A stretch of 64,000 bases of DNA from Anaeromyxobacteraceae bacterium (GCA_047602405.1 JASGHJ010000002.1:1696001-1760000), one strand, 5' to 3'. Shown: positions 22,001 through 32,407, numbered from the stretch's first letter. The notes: generated by a model not told the origin, from the sequence alone. Numbers and translations are program-made.

Positions 22001-22949
22001 ATGCTGAGGGTGCTCCGGGCGGAGGGCGGGCGGGTGATCTCGGGCGGGCGCGAGCTCGTCCGGCCCGGCGCGCCCACGTGGATCGACTGCGACCCGTCCG
22101 ACGAGAACCTGGCGTTCCTCCGCGACACCTTCGGGTTCCACCCGCTCGCGCTCGAGGACTGCCAGACCGAGGACCAGCGGCCGAAGCTCGACCTCTACGA
22201 CGGCGCGAGCTTCCTCGTCGTGCACCGCCTCCAGCTCGCCCCGACCGACGCCGAGATCGTCCCGCTCGAGGTGGACACGTTCCTCACCGCCGAGGCGCTC
22301 GTCACCGTCCACAAGGAGCGGATCCCGGAGATCGACGCGCTCGTCTCGCGGTGCGAGGCCGACGCCGCCCTCCTCGCCCGCGGCGCCGACTTCGCGCTCT
22401 ACCTCGTGCTCGACGGCTTCGTGGACGCCCACTACACGCTCGTCGACGCGCTCAACGAGCAGATCGACGCCTTCGCCGACCACGTGTCCGGCGGCCACGC
22501 GCTGCGGGACCCCGACGGCACGCTCGAGCACGTGGTGGCCGCCCGCCGCGCGCACGGGGTGCTGCGCCGCCGGCTCGCCCCGCAGCGCGAGGTCCTGCTC
22601 GGGCTCGCCCGACCCGGCCAGACGTTCGTGAAGGAGCAGACGCAGCTCTACTTCCGCGACGTCGTCGACCACACCATCCGGCTCACCGAGGAGGTCGACA
22701 ACGGGCGGGAGCTCCTCGCCTCGGTGACCGACGTCCTCCTCTCCCGCCAGAACAACCGGCTGTCGGCCATCAGCGCGCGGCTCACCCTCATCGCGACGAT
22801 CTTCCTGCCGCTCAACTTCATCGTGGGCTTCTTCGGGATGAACCTCGACGTGCTCCACCCGGCGGCCGCGGTGCCGGTGGTCGTCGCGTCGAATCGTCCT
22901 CCTGCCGCTCGGCCTCTGGCTCTTCTTCAGGCGCAAGGGCTGGCTCTGA
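22001..22949 (+). CDS. corA: CorA family Mg/Co transporter (apparent frameshift at 22891-22895)
   Basis: HPLALED, QRPK, FFGMN; corrected C-terminus IVLLPLGLWLFFRRKGWL*. Confidence 0.88.
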
Positions 22950-22979
22950 GCGCGGCCCCGCCGGTCCGCCGGGGCGGCT

Positions 22980-24059
22980 TCAGCCCCGCGGCGCGACCCG
23001 GACCTCGCCCTCCTCGCCGTCCCCGCCGGTCACCTGCACCTCGACGTCGAGGAACCGGCGCACCACGTCCGCGTTCGTGAGGAGGTGCCCCGTCACGCGG
23101 GAGACGGTGTAGCGCGTCGCGCGGTCCACGCCCGCCGGCCGCGGCGCCCTGCCCGCCGCGACGAGCGCGGCCGGGACGAGCAGCTGGTCGGCGAGCCACG
23201 GGTCCACCGCCCCGCGCGCGGCGAGGTGCGCCGCGAGCTCGTCGACGGCGAGGTCGGCGGTCTCCTCCGGGGTGCGCTCGAACGCCGAGACCGCGCCGGC
23301 GCCCGCCCGGAGCCGCTCGAAGGTCGCCACGAGGAGCACGTGCCCGCCGCGGGAGCCGTTCGCGGGCATGGGCACCCGCTCGGCCTCCGCGGCCACGCCG
23401 AGCTCCCGCAGCCGGTGCAGCGCGCGCTCGGCCTGCCGCCGCGCGATGTCGTAGCCGAGGCCGCACACGAACGAGACCGCCTCGACCTCGAGGAGCGTCC
23501 CGCGGTGGCGGAGGTCGAGCGTGGGCATCGCCTGGGCCGGCTCGACCCGCGCCGAGAACTCGCCGCCGCCCTCGGGGTAGAAGCCGGCCGCGCCGAGCTC
23601 GAGCGAGAAGCGGAACCCGAGGCGCGCCATGGCGGGCGCCCAGACGAGCGCCAGGTGGTGGAAGCTCGGGGCGTGGTCCTGGTGCGTGCCGCCCCGCAGC
23701 CGGAGCGTGCTCGGGCCGCCGGCGAGGGCGAGCGGGAAGGCCACCGCGTGGAACAGGAGCGGCGTCGACCCCGCGGTCCCGACGTCGAGGTCGAGGTCGG
23801 CGGGAGTCGGCGCCCGGGTCGGCCGGAACGCGAGCCGCGGGGAGCCCACCTCCGCGCCCTCGAGGGAGGCGCCGCAGAGGCCGGCGACGGCGCGTGCGGC
23901 GGCCACGTGCTGGGGGCGCAGGCCGGGCTTCGGCCGCCGGACGCGCAGGCGCTCGACCTCGAAGGCCTGCCCGGTGATGGCCGACAGGGAGAGGGCCGTG
24001 CGGAGGATCTGCCCCCCGCCCTCGCCCGCGGCCCCGTCGAGGATGATCGGTTCGGACAC
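22980..24059 (-). CDS. rtcA: RNA 3'-terminal phosphate cyclase
   Basis: GEGGGQILR, PGLRPQH, GFYPEGGG, LADQL, HLLTN. Confidence 0.93.
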   Translation of the reverse strand: MSEPIILDGAAGEGGGQILRTALSLSAITGQAFEVERLRVRRPKPGLRPQHVAAARAVAGLCGASLEGAEVGSPRLAFRPTRAPTPADLDLDVGTAGSTPLLFHAVAFPLALAGGPSTLRLRGGTHQDHAPSFHHLALVWAPAMARLGFRFSLELGAAGFYPEGGGEFSARVEPAQAMPTLDLRHRGTLLEVEAVSFVCGLGYDIARRQAERALHRLRELGVAAEAERVPMPANGSRGGHVLLVATFERLRAGAGAVSAFERTPEETADLAVDELAAHLAARGAVDPWLADQLLVPAALVAAGRAPRPAGVDRATRYTVSRVTGHLLTNADVVRRFLDVEVQVTGGDGEEGEVRVAPRG

Positions 24060-24157
24060 GCCCGAAATCTAACATGGCGATTTGATTGGAGGTCTCTCGA
24101 AGGCCTGCCCTGCCCCCACCCGGGACGTCACCGGGGGTCCTGAACCGCCTCGCCCGC

Positions 24158-24183
24158 CGAAATACCCGGAACGACGGGACGTA
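24158..24183 (+). promoter_or_regulatory. Putative autoregulatory ECF (SigW-like) promoter
   Basis: CGAAAT-N16-CGTA compared with SigW consensus TGAAAC-N16-CGTA; ends 9 nt before the ECF ATG. Confidence 0.45.
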
Positions 24184-24192
24184 TGTCGGGTC

Positions 24193-24855
24193 ATGGTTGT
24201 CGCCGCCACGATCGACGGGCTAGGGTTCGCGCTCTCCTGGCAGACGGAGGAGCGAGCCACGGCCCCCCAAGAGACCGTCGGTGAAGCTGGGCTCGCCCGC
24301 GCGGCCGCGCGTGGCGACCGGCGCGCCTTCGGCCAGCTCGTCGACCTCCACAAGCGCACCGTGTACGGGCTCTGCTTCCGCCTGCTGCGGGACGCCGAGG
24401 AGTCGCGGGACGCCGCGCAGGAGTCGTTCGTGCGCGCCTTCGCCGCGGTGGGCACCTACGATCCCACCCAGCCCTTCGCGCCGTGGGTCCTGCGCATCGC
24501 GCGGAACCACTGCCTCGACCTGCTCCGCCGCCGGACCCCCGCCGCGCAGAAGCTCGAGCTCGACGCCGAGGTCGAGGAGGGCGGCGCGGCCCGCGAGCTC
24601 CCGGATCCCGACGCGGTGCGCGGCGACGACGCCATGGAGCGCCGCCAGCTCGCCGGCGTGCTCGAGAAGGCCGTGGCGGAGCTGCCCGCGAACTACCGCG
24701 AGGTGGTCCACCTCTTCCACGTCGAGCACCTGTCGTACAAGGAGATCGCGGCCACCCTGGACGTGCCGATCGGCACGGTCATGACCTGGCTGCACCGCGC
24801 CCGCGGCAAGCTGCGGGTGGCGCTCGAGGAAGCCGGAATGGAGGCGACGCCGTGA
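24193..24855 (+). CDS. ECF sigma factor (SigW/RpoE-like)
   Basis: DAAQESF, WVLRIARNHCLD, LSYKEIA...GTV regions 2 and 4. Confidence 0.92.
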   Translation: MVVAATIDGLGFALSWQTEERATAPQETVGEAGLARAAARGDRRAFGQLVDLHKRTVYGLCFRLLRDAEESRDAAQESFVRAFAAVGTYDPTQPFAPWVLRIARNHCLDLLRRRTPAAQKLELDAEVEEGGAARELPDPDAVRGDDAMERRQLAGVLEKAVAELPANYREVVHLFHVEHLSYKEIAATLDVPIGTVMTWLHRARGKLRVALEEAGMEATP

Positions 24856-25370
24856 CCACGTTCACCGGACACCTCACCGACTCGCAGGCCCAGCGGATCG
24901 TCGACGGCGCGCTGCTCGACGCCGAGCGCGACATGGTCCACGCGCACGAGGCCGGCTGCGTCGAGTGCCAGGCCCTCGTCGCGTCGTACCGCGCCCTCTC
25001 CGGCGCCCTCGACGACCTCGAGGTCCCCGAGCTCGACCTCGACTTCACCGGCGACGTGCTCGCCGAGATCGACGTCCGCGCGAAGGCCGCCGCGCGCGAG
25101 CGCCGCGCGGCCGCCCTCATCTCCGCGGCGAGCGTGGTGGCCTTCCTCCTGGCCGCCGGCCTGACCGTGCCGCAGTGGGGCGACGCCGTCGTCCGCTCCC
25201 TCGACGTGCTCGGGAGCGTCGGCGCCGGCCTCCGCTTCGCCCTCGAGGTGGCGACCCCCGTCGTCTCCGCCCTCCGCCTCCCCATCGCCGCGGTGTGCGC
25301 GCTCGTCGCCGCCCCGGCCCTCCTCGCCCTCTCCCGGCTGATGCCCGCACCCGCGACCGAGACCGCCTGA
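24852..25370 (+). CDS. Zinc-binding (ZAS) transmembrane anti-sigma factor
   Basis: HEAGCVEC (HxxxCxxC) followed by TM segments; GTGA overlap with the sigma gene. Confidence 0.8.
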   Translation: MTTFTGHLTDSQAQRIVDGALLDAERDMVHAHEAGCVECQALVASYRALSGALDDLEVPELDLDFTGDVLAEIDVRAKAAARERRAAALISAASVVAFLLAAGLTVPQWGDAVVRSLDVLGSVGAGLRFALEVATPVVSALRLPIAAVCALVAAPALLALSRLMPAPATETA

Positions 25371-25381
25371 CCGGAGAACCG

Positions 25382-27232
25382 ATGCTCTCCATCGTCCTCA
25401 CCAGCCTGCTCCTGCAGGTCCCCCCCGCCCCCCCGGCGCCGGCGGCCCCCGCCGCGCCGCAGGCCACCCCGGCCCCCAAGGCTGCGCCCGCGCCCCGCGC
25501 GGTCCCCGCCCCGCCGACGCCCCCGCCCGGCTTCGACGTCGAGGCCGGCCGCCCCGCCGCGCGTCCGCCCGCCGGCGACGTGCTCCGCGGCGACTGGGGC
25601 AAGCCCTCCGGGAAGCGCGTCACCCTCGAGGACACGAACTCGATCGACGACACGCTCCAGGAGATCGCCGACGCCGCGGGCTGGAACGTCTCGATCAACA
25701 CCGGCCGGACCGGCCACAAGCTGCTCGTCCTGAAGCTCAAGAACGTCCCGGTCGAGGACGCGCTCCGTGCCACGCTGCACGGCACCGGGCTCATCGCGAC
25801 GAAGACCGGCGAGATCGTGGTGGTCTCGCCCCCGGACGCGGAGCTGCCCGACCTGGCCGGCCCGAAGCCCACGCTCTCGGGGTTCGAGAAGTCGGCCGGG
25901 AAGTTCACGGGCGAGTTCAAGGCGACCGACGTCTCCGACGCGCTCCGCCAGATTGCGAAGTCCGCCGGGTTCTCGATCCTCGTGCCCCCCGGGACGCACG
26001 GGAAGGTGAACGGCATCTTCAGCGGCGTCCCCGTCGAGGACGTGCTCCGCGCCGTGCTGCAGCAGGCCGACCTGCGCGCCGAGAAGCAGGGCCAGCTCAT
26101 CACCGTGCTGCCCGCCGACGGCCAGTTCGACTTCCCCATCCCCCCGAACTTCCCTCCGGAGGCCCGCGAGGCCCTGCGCGAGGCCCGCCAGGCCGCCCGG
26201 GAGGCCGCCCGCGAGGCCAGCCGCAGCGCCCGCGAGGCCGCGCGCGACGCCGCCCGGGAGGCCCGCGAGGCGCTCCGCAACGCGGAGATCGATCCGGACG
26301 ACGGCCGTGACCGTCAGGTCACCGGCTCCGACCTCACCATCGCCCCCGGCGACCGCGTGCGCGACGTCAACGTGGTGCGCGGCAACCTCGAGATCCAGCG
26401 CGGCGCCGTCGCCCGCGACGTCTCGGTGGTCCAGGGCAACGCGGACGTCCGCTCGGGCTCCGTCACCCGCGACGTCGTCACGGTGCTCGGCAACGTCCGG
26501 CTCGAGGGCGGCGCGGTCGCCCGCCAGGTCGTCGCCGTCGGCGGCAACGTGGAGGTCGCGGCGGGCGCCTCGATCGAGAACGACGTCATCGCCATCGGCG
26601 GCCGCGTCCAGGTCGACCCCGAGGCGCAGGTCGGCGGCTCGAGGAAGTCCTTCTCGGTGCCCGGCATCGGCGGCGTGCTCAACCTCGTGGGGCCGGGCCT
26701 CATCAACCACGGCAGCCCCTCCCCGCTCTGGGCCATCCTCCAGATCATCGTGAAGTTCGTGGTGCTCTTCCTGCTCGGGCTCGTCGTGCTCTCGCTCTTC
26801 CCGCGCCGGATCGAGGCCGTCACGGGCTCGATGCTCCAGAACCCGTTCAAGTCGGTGCTGGCGGGCCTGCTCGGCTGGCTCGTGATGCCGGTCCTCACGC
26901 TGCTGCTCGTGGTGACGATCGTCGGCATCCCGCTCGTGGCGGTGCAGGTGCTCGCCATCGTCGCGGCGACGGTGCTCGGCCTCACCGCCCTCGTCTACTA
27001 CGTCGGCCGCACGCTCCCGCTGCCGACCCAGGGTGGCCCGGCCGTGGCCCAGCTCGCGATCGGCGTGGGGATCTTCGCGGTCGTCACCGAGATCCCGTTC
27101 CTCGGCGCGATCGTCTGGATCTCGGTGCTGCTGTTCACCTTCGGCGCCGTGCTCCGCACGCGCTTCGGCCAGCCCCGCGAGCCGCTGCCCACCTCGCCCG
27201 TGCCGCCGGCCGAGGGGTTCGGCTCGCCGTAG
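25382..27232 (+). CDS. Multidomain membrane protein: signal peptide, 2 STN-like domains, coiled coil, beta-helix repeats, multi-TM C-terminus
   Basis: Two units of D.LxxIA...VPVEDxLRAxL; ~17-aa VxxxxGN repeats; about 5 hydrophobic helices. Confidence 0.7.
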   Translation: MLSIVLTSLLLQVPPAPPAPAAPAAPQATPAPKAAPAPRAVPAPPTPPPGFDVEAGRPAARPPAGDVLRGDWGKPSGKRVTLEDTNSIDDTLQEIADAAGWNVSINTGRTGHKLLVLKLKNVPVEDALRATLHGTGLIATKTGEIVVVSPPDAELPDLAGPKPTLSGFEKSAGKFTGEFKATDVSDALRQIAKSAGFSILVPPGTHGKVNGIFSGVPVEDVLRAVLQQADLRAEKQGQLITVLPADGQFDFPIPPNFPPEAREALREARQAAREAAREASRSAREAARDAAREAREALRNAEIDPDDGRDRQVTGSDLTIAPGDRVRDVNVVRGNLEIQRGAVARDVSVVQGNADVRSGSVTRDVVTVLGNVRLEGGAVARQVVAVGGNVEVAAGASIENDVIAIGGRVQVDPEAQVGGSRKSFSVPGIGGVLNLVGPGLINHGSPSPLWAILQIIVKFVVLFLLGLVVLSLFPRRIEAVTGSMLQNPFKSVLAGLLGWLVMPVLTLLLVVTIVGIPLVAVQVLAIVAATVLGLTALVYYVGRTLPLPTQGGPAVAQLAIGVGIFAVVTEIPFLGAIVWISVLLFTFGAVLRTRFGQPREPLPTSPVPPAEGFGSP

Positions 27233-27235
27233 CGG

Positions 27236-28915
27236 CTACACGAGCACCAGCCCCTCGTCGGTCCACTCGGCGTGGCCGGAGAGGATGGCGTCGAGGTTCT
27301 CGAGGCGCTCGTCGGACAGCTCGGAGACGAGCTCGAGGATTTGCGGGTAGGTCAGCACCAGCATGTCGAAGTCGCGGCGCGGCAGCCTGAGGAGGGTGCC
27401 GCGCCGCTTCACGACGCAGGTCGCGGTGGCGGGCGTCTTCCTGAGGCAGCTCATCTCGCCGAAGAGGTCGCCCTCGCGGAGCTCGCCGACGACCACCTCG
27501 GCGCCCTCGTTGAGCTTCTTCACCTCGACGGAGCCCTCGAGGATCACGTACAGGCCGTCGGAGGGCACGCCCTCGCGGATCACCACGTCGCCCGGCTTCG
27601 CCTCGCGGGCGAGGAACCGCTCCATGATGATCTTCCGGTCCCCCTTCCCGAACGGCCGGAAGATCGGCGAGACCGCCATGGCGTTCGCGAGCAGGCGCTG
27701 CCGGTAGAACTTCCTGAGCGACGTCGCCATGTGCGGGTGATGCTTCGCGATGGCGAGCAGCACGTCGGCCGGGAACTCGAGCACCTCGCTCGGCACCTCC
27801 GCGGTGACGGTCGCGGCCCGCGCGGCGCCGGAGAGGATCGCCATCTCGCCGAAGAAGTCGCCCTCGGCGAGCTTCGCGAGCGGGATGACGTGCCCCTTGT
27901 CGTCGCGCTTCGTGACCGCGAGCGCACCCGAGGCGAGCACGTAGAAGCTCGTGCCCTCCTCGCCCTCGCGGAGGATGACGTCGCCCTCACCGAACCGGTG
28001 CAGCACCATGCCGGCGGTGAGCGCGACGAAGGCGTCCCTCGAGAGGTCGGAGAAGATCGGGATGTGCGGCAGCGGCGCGGGCTCGTCGGCGGAGGCGGGG
28101 AGCTCGGGCTCCAGCACCGGCTCCTCCGGCACGACCGGCGGGGGCTCGTCGCCCTCGGGGACGAGCTCGAGCTCGACCTCGGGCGGCGGGGCCGCCCCCG
28201 CGAGGGGCAGCACCGCGGTCGGCACCGGCGCCGCGACCGCCTCGACCTCGTCGGCGGGCAGGAGCTCGACGTCCTCGATCACGTCCGCCTCGAGGTCGTC
28301 GATCTCGATGTCCTCGACGACGCCGTCATCGACGGCCTTCTGGGCGACGAGCGAGATGCGCGCGAGCGGGGTGGGGATCGGCGGTGGCGCGACCGGCCCG
28401 GGCGGCGGGATGAACTTCACCACCGGTGGCGGGAATCCCCGCTCGGGCGGCGGCGGCGTGCCCTGGAGCTTGAAGGAGACGAGCTCCTCGGGCGCCTCCG
28501 CCTCGGGCGCCGGGGCCGGGGCCGGCGGCGGAGGCTCCGGGCGGACCGCGGCCATGAAGAGCGTGGCGCGCTTCTGGGGGCGCTTCGCCTCCGAGGCGGA
28601 GCGGGCGGCGTAGAGGCCGGCGAGGGCCGACTGCGTCTCGACGTGCGCGGCGTCGAGCTCGAGGATGGTCTTGCAGATCGCGATGGCCTTGATGAGGAGG
28701 CCGTCCTTGCCGAAGCGCTCCGCGACGACCGCGTACTCCGCGATCGCCTCCTTCAGGCGCTCCGCGCGCCGGAGGACGTCCGCCCGCTTCTGGCGGGTGT
28801 TGACGTCGTCCGGGTCCGCCTCGAGGACCTCGGCATAGACCTTGGCGGCCTTGTCGAGCTTGCCCTTCTCGGCGTACTCGGCGGCCTTGTCCTTGAGCTT
28901 CCGGAGATCGGCCAT
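27236..28915 (-). CDS. TPR plus tandem cyclic-nucleotide-binding domain protein
   Basis: FFGEMA...RAATV and LFGEMS...ATAT cNMP-binding motifs; N-terminal TPR; Pro/Glu linker. Confidence 0.85.
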   Translation of the reverse strand: MADLRKLKDKAAEYAEKGKLDKAAKVYAEVLEADPDDVNTRQKRADVLRRAERLKEAIAEYAVVAERFGKDGLLIKAIAICKTILELDAAHVETQSALAGLYAARSASEAKRPQKRATLFMAAVRPEPPPPAPAPAPEAEAPEELVSFKLQGTPPPPERGFPPPVVKFIPPPGPVAPPPIPTPLARISLVAQKAVDDGVVEDIEIDDLEADVIEDVELLPADEVEAVAAPVPTAVLPLAGAAPPPEVELELVPEGDEPPPVVPEEPVLEPELPASADEPAPLPHIPIFSDLSRDAFVALTAGMVLHRFGEGDVILREGEEGTSFYVLASGALAVTKRDDKGHVIPLAKLAEGDFFGEMAILSGAARAATVTAEVPSEVLEFPADVLLAIAKHHPHMATSLRKFYRQRLLANAMAVSPIFRPFGKGDRKIIMERFLAREAKPGDVVIREGVPSDGLYVILEGSVEVKKLNEGAEVVVGELREGDLFGEMSCLRKTPATATCVVKRRGTLLRLPRRDFDMLVLTYPQILELVSELSDERLENLDAILSGHAEWTDEGLVLV

Positions 28916-28957
28916 TCCCCGGAAACGTACCACAGGGCCGAGAGCGGCCCGAATTTC

Positions 28958-31033
28958 TCAGGGTCGGACGCGGGGTGCACCCGCCGGGAGCTTCGCGAGC
29001 GCCTCGACCGCGGCCTTCCGCACGCGCCCGTAGTAGTCCGCGCGCAGCGCCTCGAGCGCCGGCGAGGCGCCCTCGAGCCGGAGCCGCCCCACCGCCCGGG
29101 CCGCCGCGGCGCGCACGTCCGGCCGGTCCCCGGTGAGCTCCGCGGCGAGGAGCGGGCCCGCCTCGCTCGGGGCGAGCTGGGCGAGCGCCTCCACGACCTT
29201 CGCGCGGCTGCCGGCCGCCGTCCTCGGCAGCGCGAGGAGCAGCGCCGCCCCCGCCTCCGGCGAGCCGATGCGGGCGAGCGCGGAGGCCGCGGGCCCCGCC
29301 CCCGGCCCCTCGAGCAGCGCCGCGAGCCCCTTCACCGCCTCGGGGCCTCCGGCCCCGGCGAGCGCGTCGCTCAGCACCTGGAGCCACTGGGGATCGTCCG
29401 CCGTGTAGGCCGCCGCGGCCGCCGAGCGGCTCGCGATGGCCTGGGCCGCCGCGGCGAGGGCGGCGGCCCCGCTCGGGCGGGCCCCGAGGCCCTTCGCCGC
29501 CGCCATGCGCACGGCGGCGTCGGGGTCCCCGAGCGCCGCGGCCACCTCGGCCTCCGCCGTCCCGAGGGCCGCGAGGCCGGCGATGGCGCCCGCGCGGAGC
29601 GGCGGCAGCGGATCGCGCGGGAAGCGCTTCAGGAGCTCCTCGGCGCCGGGCGTGCGCAGGGCGCCCGCGGCCGCGAGGAGCGCGGAGAGCTCGGCCACCT
29701 CGCCCGCCGAGATGGACTCGAGCCACTCCGGGGCCGCCTGGGCCTTGCCCGGCGGGGGCCCGCCCGGCGGACGCGCGAGCACCGCCTGCACGCGCTCCGG
29801 CCCCGCGGGGAGCCGGGGCGCGTCCTCGTACGATCCCCGCACCCAGCGGCTCCGGGCGTCGGTGAGGCGCGCCAGGGCCGAGGCGAGCCGCTTCGCCACG
29901 GCGGGGCCCGCCGCCGGGCCGCCGAGCCGCGCGAGCGCGGCCGCCGCCGCGGCCCGGAGCGCGGGTTCGCCCGGCGCCTCGAGGAGGCGGACGGCGCGCT
30001 CGATCGCCGGCGCGGCGGCGTCGCCCTTCGGCCCGAGCTCGGCCAGCGCCGCGAGCGACGCCTCCGCGCCCACGCCGCCCGGTCCGAGGCGGTTCACGAG
30101 CGGGCGCAGCGGGCAGTCCACCTCGCGGTCCGCCGCCGCGCGCGCGGCCCGCGCCGACACCGCGGGGTCCAGGGTCTTCGCGGCGACCTCGCAGAGGCCG
30201 AACCCGACCTCGCTGCCGTTCGGCAGGGCCGCGAGCGCCTCCACCGCCGCCGCCGCGAGCCGGCCGCTGCCCGCGCTCGCCGCCGCCGCGAGCGCGTCCG
30301 CCGCGCGCGCGTCCCCGAGCCTTCCGAGCGCGAACGCCGCCGCCTCGGCCACCGGCCCGGCCGGCGCGTCGAGGAGGTCCTCGAGCGCGGGCCGCACCGC
30401 CGGGTCGCCGGTCTCGCCCAGGCCGCGCGCGGCGGCGACGAGCACGGCGGGATCCGGGGTGCGCTTCGGATCGGCGAGCGCGAGGAGCTTCTGGACCGCC
30501 TCCTGGCGCTGGCTCGCGCCGACCTCCTCCGCCGCGCCGTGCCCGGACCCACCCCCGCGCCCGAGCGCGGCGAGGTTCCGCTCCCAGAGCGTGCGCGACT
30601 CGAGCTCCACCGCGGCGCGGAGGGAGACCCCGAGCCGTTCGAGGGCCCGGGCCATCGCCGAGCGGGCCGCGGGCGACGCCGCGCCGTAGGACGCGACGAG
30701 CGCGTCGCGCGCGGTGGCGACGCCCGGCATGCCGCCCAGGCCGTCCGCCGCCGCCACGGCGACCGCGGGGTCGGGGTCCAGCAGGAGCCGCCCGAGGGCC
30801 TCCGCGGAGGCCTCGCCCGGCGCCCGGGAGAGCGTCCGCGCCGCCGCGAGCCGCACCTCGGCCGAGACGTCGCGCTGGGCCACGAGGAGCGCCCCCGCGT
30901 CGCGATCGGGGCGGAGGCCCTCCACCGCGGCGGCCCGGCGGGCCGGGTCGGCGGAGTCGAGGTCGCCACGCCCGCACGCGGCGAGGAGCGCGGCCAGCGC
31001 GAGCGAGGCGAGGGTGAGGCGGCGGGTCGGCAC
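28958..31033 (-). CDS. HEAT-repeat lipoprotein
   Basis: LAAC lipobox; repeated D...VRxAAAxAL HEAT units. Confidence 0.75.
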   Translation of the reverse strand: MPTRRLTLASLALAALLAACGRGDLDSADPARRAAAVEGLRPDRDAGALLVAQRDVSAEVRLAAARTLSRAPGEASAEALGRLLLDPDPAVAVAAADGLGGMPGVATARDALVASYGAASPAARSAMARALERLGVSLRAAVELESRTLWERNLAALGRGGGSGHGAAEEVGASQRQEAVQKLLALADPKRTPDPAVLVAAARGLGETGDPAVRPALEDLLDAPAGPVAEAAAFALGRLGDARAADALAAAASAGSGRLAAAAVEALAALPNGSEVGFGLCEVAAKTLDPAVSARAARAAADREVDCPLRPLVNRLGPGGVGAEASLAALAELGPKGDAAAPAIERAVRLLEAPGEPALRAAAAAALARLGGPAAGPAVAKRLASALARLTDARSRWVRGSYEDAPRLPAGPERVQAVLARPPGGPPPGKAQAAPEWLESISAGEVAELSALLAAAGALRTPGAEELLKRFPRDPLPPLRAGAIAGLAALGTAEAEVAAALGDPDAAVRMAAAKGLGARPSGAAALAAAAQAIASRSAAAAAYTADDPQWLQVLSDALAGAGGPEAVKGLAALLEGPGAGPAASALARIGSPEAGAALLLALPRTAAGSRAKVVEALAQLAPSEAGPLLAAELTGDRPDVRAAAARAVGRLRLEGASPALEALRADYYGRVRKAAVEALAKLPAGAPRVRP

Positions 31034-31190
31034 GGTGCGGCATCGTCCCTTGCGAGGGACCGCGAGGCAAGCGGGTGGGCCCCCGGAGGGAAAGCGTACG
31101 GCCCGGCGAATCCTCGCGCGGGCGCCGTGTCTCTCCCCGGACGAGAGCGACTCACCGCACCCCACCACCCCGAACCACCCGGAGCACACC

Positions 31191-31376
31191 ATGACCAACG
31201 AAGGCACCCTCGACCGCGCGGCTCGCATCGTCCTCGGCCTCGGCCTCATCTCGCTGGTGTTCGTGGGCCCCCAGACGATGTGGGGCCTCGTCGGCCTCGT
31301 CCCGCTCGCGACCGGCGCGCTGGGCTTCTGCCCGCTCTACAGGGTCCTCGGCATCTCGACCAAGCCGGCCGCCTAG
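31191..31376 (+). CDS. DUF2892/YgaP-like small membrane protein
   Basis: NEGTLDRAAR...GFCPLY..LGIST; GGAG RBS. Confidence 0.85.
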   Translation: MTNEGTLDRAARIVLGLGLISLVFVGPQTMWGLVGLVPLATGALGFCPLYRVLGISTKPAA

Positions 31377-32407
31377 CGCGAGCGCGGGCCGCCGCGGGGC
31401 TTGCGCCCGCCCTGGGCGTGGGCTCCGCGGCCCGGTCGGTCGCGCCGCTCGACGCCCGGGCCGCCGCGGACCGGGCGCTCGCGCCTCGGATCGCCGGAGG
31501 CCGGGCGCTCCCGCTTCGGATCCCCGGAGGTCGGGCGTTCGCGCCTCGGGTCGCCGGGAGCCTTCCGCGGCCGGTCGGGCGTCGTCGGGATGGCCGACGG
31601 CGGCGCCGGCGGCCCGTGGCCGTGGCGGCGCGCCGCCTTCGGCAGCTCGGCCGCGCGGGGCACGCGGGCCTTGCCGTCCCCGAGCCCGACCGCCCCACGC
31701 ATCGCGGCGAGCTCGTCCGGCGCGAGCGCGCGGAACGTGCCGGGGCGGAGCCCCTGCACGGTGACGCCCCCGAACTCCGGCCGGAAGAGCCGCAGCACCT
31801 GCATACCGACCCCCTCGCAGAGCCGCTTCACGAGGTGGTAGCGCCCCTCCCCCACCACCACGCGGATCCAGGTGTTCTTCTCGGCCTGCTCGTGCACCGC
31901 GATCTCGAGCGCCTTTGCCGGTCCGTCCTCGAGGCGCAGCCCGTCGCGGATCCGCTGCAGCTGCTCGGGCTCCGGCTCGCCCTTCACCTTCACGAGGTAG
32001 ACCCGCCGGTGGCCGTAGCGCGGGTGCGCGAGGCGGTTCGCGAGCTCCCCGTCGTCGGTGAAGAGCACCGCGCCCTCGGCGTCCCAGTCGAGCCGGCCCA
32101 CCGGGAAGACCCGCTCCCGGACGCCGCGCAGGTAGTCGTAGGCCGTCGGACGGCCCTCCGGATCGGAGGCGGTCGTGACGCAGCCCGAGGGCTTGTAGAG
32201 GAGGTAGTAGGCCCGCGCCTCGCTGCGGGACACGAGCCGCCCGTCCACCTCGACGAGATCCGCGCCCGGCTCGACCTTCGTGCCGAGCGCGGTGACGGTC
32301 TTGCCGTTCACCTTCACGCGGCCGGCGGTGATGAGCTCCTCGGCGTGGCGCCGCGAGGCGACGCCGGCGCCGGCGAGGTACTTCTGCAGCCGCTCGGGCG
32401 CGCTCAC
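31373..32407 (-). CDS. rluB: rRNA pseudouridine synthase RluB family
   Basis: ERLQKYLA S4 domain; PVGRLD catalytic Asp; follows scpB. Confidence 0.9.
   Translation of the reverse strand: MSAPERLQKYLAGAGVASRRHAEELITAGRVKVNGKTVTALGTKVEPGADLVEVDGRLVSRSEARAYYLLYKPSGCVTTASDPEGRPTAYDYLRGVRERVFPVGRLDWDAEGAVLFTDDGELANRLAHPRYGHRRVYLVKVKGEPEPEQLQRIRDGLRLEDGPAKALEIAVHEQAEKNTWIRVVVGEGRYHLVKRLCEGVGMQVLRLFRPEFGGVTVQGLRPGTFRALAPDELAAMRGAVGLGDGKARVPRAAELPKAARRHGHGPPAPPSAIPTTPDRPRKAPGDPRRERPTSGDPKRERPASGDPRRERPVRGGPGVERRDRPGRGAHAQGGRKPRGGPRSR
31465..31555 (-). repeat. Three 30-bp coding repeats (DP[RK]RERPxxG) in the RluB tail
   Basis: DPRRERPTSG/DPKRERPASG/DPRRERPVRG. Confidence 0.7.
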
